Shown piece by piece: positions 61,897 through 64,000 of a DNA stretch of 64,000 nt. The position numbers and the translations under genes are program-made. Positions within the stretch are counted from its first letter, which is position 1; each line of letters starts with the position of its first letter. The stretch comes from Macrostomum lignano (lineage: Eukaryota), in the NCBI GenBank assembly GCA_002269645.1, contig NIVC01002322.1:1-64000 (forward strand), given 5' to 3'. The notes under the pieces are model-generated. The model did no database searches. It saw nothing but the letters and a program-made list of their open reading frames with translations, and was not told where the DNA came from.

Positions 61897-63454
61897 TCAG
61901 ATTCTGAAGGTGTCACCTCGGCCGTCGATGTGCCGCAGGCGCAGGTAGAAATCCGAACCGACGCCCTGCATCGTTTCGAAGGTGAGCGCGCCGCCGAGGT
62001 ACCTGGCGTAGGCCAGGGAAGCCGGCAGGCCGAAGCCGAATCCGTGCATAGAGCTGGACGACGAGCGCGACTCGGAGACTCGGTCAAAGAATGACTCGTG
62101 CTGCTCACTGGCCTCGGCAGTAGAGAAGTTGTAGTCGAAAATTTTATCGGCAATTTCGTGAGGCACTCCACCGCCTTGATCGCTGATTCTGCAAATTATA
62201 ATAGGCGTGTGGAATTTCATGATAATAGAATCTGTTCATATCTTCATAAAAACGTCTTTTCTATACGTATCGGCTTTCTAAATTAATGAGTTTGGTTTGC
62301 TTTATCAGTTCCGATGTAATTTATGTGTTTATTCATAGCAGAATTAGTTTTTTTCTTTTTTAGTAGAGCTATACTTCAGGGCAATTTTAACGACAGATTT
62401 GTAGCAAAATATAACTGCATAGAAAATTATAACAAAAAACGCAGTCTGCGCTACTTTGAAATTCAAGTAGCATGGTGAGAAAGTTCCATTAAAATTTTTC
62501 TTTTTCCTACCTAATAACAAAGTCGACATCGTTGTTAGCGACCGTGACTCGAACCTCGGGCACCGGGCCAGGGCGACCCCGATGGAACTCCACAGTGGCT
62601 CTGAATGCGTTCTTCAGCAGCTCGGTGAGGACGTACTCAATCGGCTGCGGGATGTAGGAGAAAGCCGCTTTACTGCCGTTGCCGTCAACTCGAATTGTCG
62701 GCGACTGGCCATATTTCATGTCGCACATTCGGGTAACGAGGGCGGCGCGACTCTCAACGAGGTCACCGGGGCAGAATTTGGTGCCGACGATGCCGACAAA
62801 GTCTGGCTTCTCCTGCCGCAGAGCCAGATGGTGTTCGCACAGCAGCCGGATGCCCAGCCGGGAGGTCAGGGTCCTGTCTAGGAAGGTTCTCACTAGGCCG
62901 GAGTCGCGGACGTGCCGGCCGCACTCGCGGAATCCTTCGGCCAGCATGGTCACAACGTCCTTGTGCTCGTCGAGCAGTTGGCGCAGCAGGCCAGAGTACT
63001 GGATCTCGTCCTCGGGCTCAGTCAGAGTCGGCGTATTCGACAGAATGTGGAAGGCCCGCAGGTAGAGCTCGTGCACCGCTAGCAGGGTTGGATGGCAGCC
63101 AACAACAAATGGCAGGGCTCGAAAATCGGCCACTCGATGGGCGATGCGGACTGGCAGTTCGCGCTGCAGATACTGAGCGGAGCGGAGCACCTGGTGGCTG
63201 TCTGCGGCTCGGCCTGAGTACAGCAGCGAGGCCGGGGTGAGGAGTACAGAATTCTTAGCAGCAGCCGCGTCCACAGCGGCCTGGTTGTAGTAGTGCGAGC
63301 AGGCCATCGACGGCGAGGGTGCCGGAGACACGATGGTACAGGCGGCAGTCGTCGTGGCAGAAGACGCTGCATTGTTGAAGCGAATCTGACCAGCTCTGGA
63401 AGGCGTCACTCGAGACAGAGCCCGGTAGGATACTAGCTTGGAGGCTCGACTCAT
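61897..63454 (-). CDS. BCKDK: Branched-chain alpha-ketoacid dehydrogenase kinase
   Basis: Exons 63454-62511 and 62188-61897. [84 protein letters not shown]. Confidence 0.96.
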
Positions 63455-64000
63455 TGCTATAAAATTTCGTTGATCCTTGTTTTACGCGATAGAACTCTCA
63501 AGGTATACTATTTAGGTAGGCGATCTCGTTTAACAGTTGATTTTTTGTCTTCTGAACTCTGAAGCCGCAGATTCAGAGCCCATTTTATGCATTGTGGAAA
63601 TGGCTGAGCACGAGGCTTGGGAGTGATGCTATGGCCCAAGTCTCACTTCTGTAGAGAATGCTCCCCATGCTTGAAAATACTTCTATTTTTAGACTGAGGC
63701 GAGTAAAGCCTTCGCGTGGACACCCCCTATCGACCCCACCCCCGACCTTGAAGGGGACTGGGGCTGACTGTACATGGCGCGGATGAGTGTACATTGATGT
63801 GCCCGGTCTTCCTTACTATACAGTATACCCCCACTAAAAAAGTCTCTCCGTCACGCCCCTTTCGCGTGCGTGGAAGGACCGAACCGTTTAGTCTTTGAGG
63901 AGAGTTGGGGGGAGTGACGTGAGGGCGAGGTCATCCCTCTTTCTTTAAGTGAATTGTTGGGTGATAAATGTGTAATGTCTATTTCTACTAAATTACTTCA

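Noticed and set aside
63585-63794. Short minus-strand ORF upstream of BCKDK
   Set aside because: No recognisable motif or splice support.

Overview
Eukaryotic (invertebrate) genomic DNA with GC-rich exons, AT-rich spacers and minisatellite-filled introns. The style resembles the flatworm Macrostomum, but the species is an inference. Recognisable spliced genes are Pellino (last exon), URM1, UMP-CMP kinase, an aldo-keto reductase, ZFAND1, a divergent DCP1, CerS1-type ceramide synthase and BCKDK. The main structure is a ~22 kb inverted duplication (arms ~9275-14355 and ~26092-31464). Each arm carries an acidic/Lys-rich protein gene, an RTE-like retroelement fragment and a protamine-like (RKRSASRxTG)n gene. 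The spacer holds URM1, an internally deleted RTE-like element, a spliced secreted Pro/Arg-rich polyprotein with 13 KR sites, and a full-length but decayed LOA-like LINE with a 13-bp TSD. Kb-scale CpG-free or CpG-poor tracts lie 5' of three housekeeping genes, with CpG-retaining MITEs inserted in two of them. No CRISPR array, rRNA or intact tRNA was seen.
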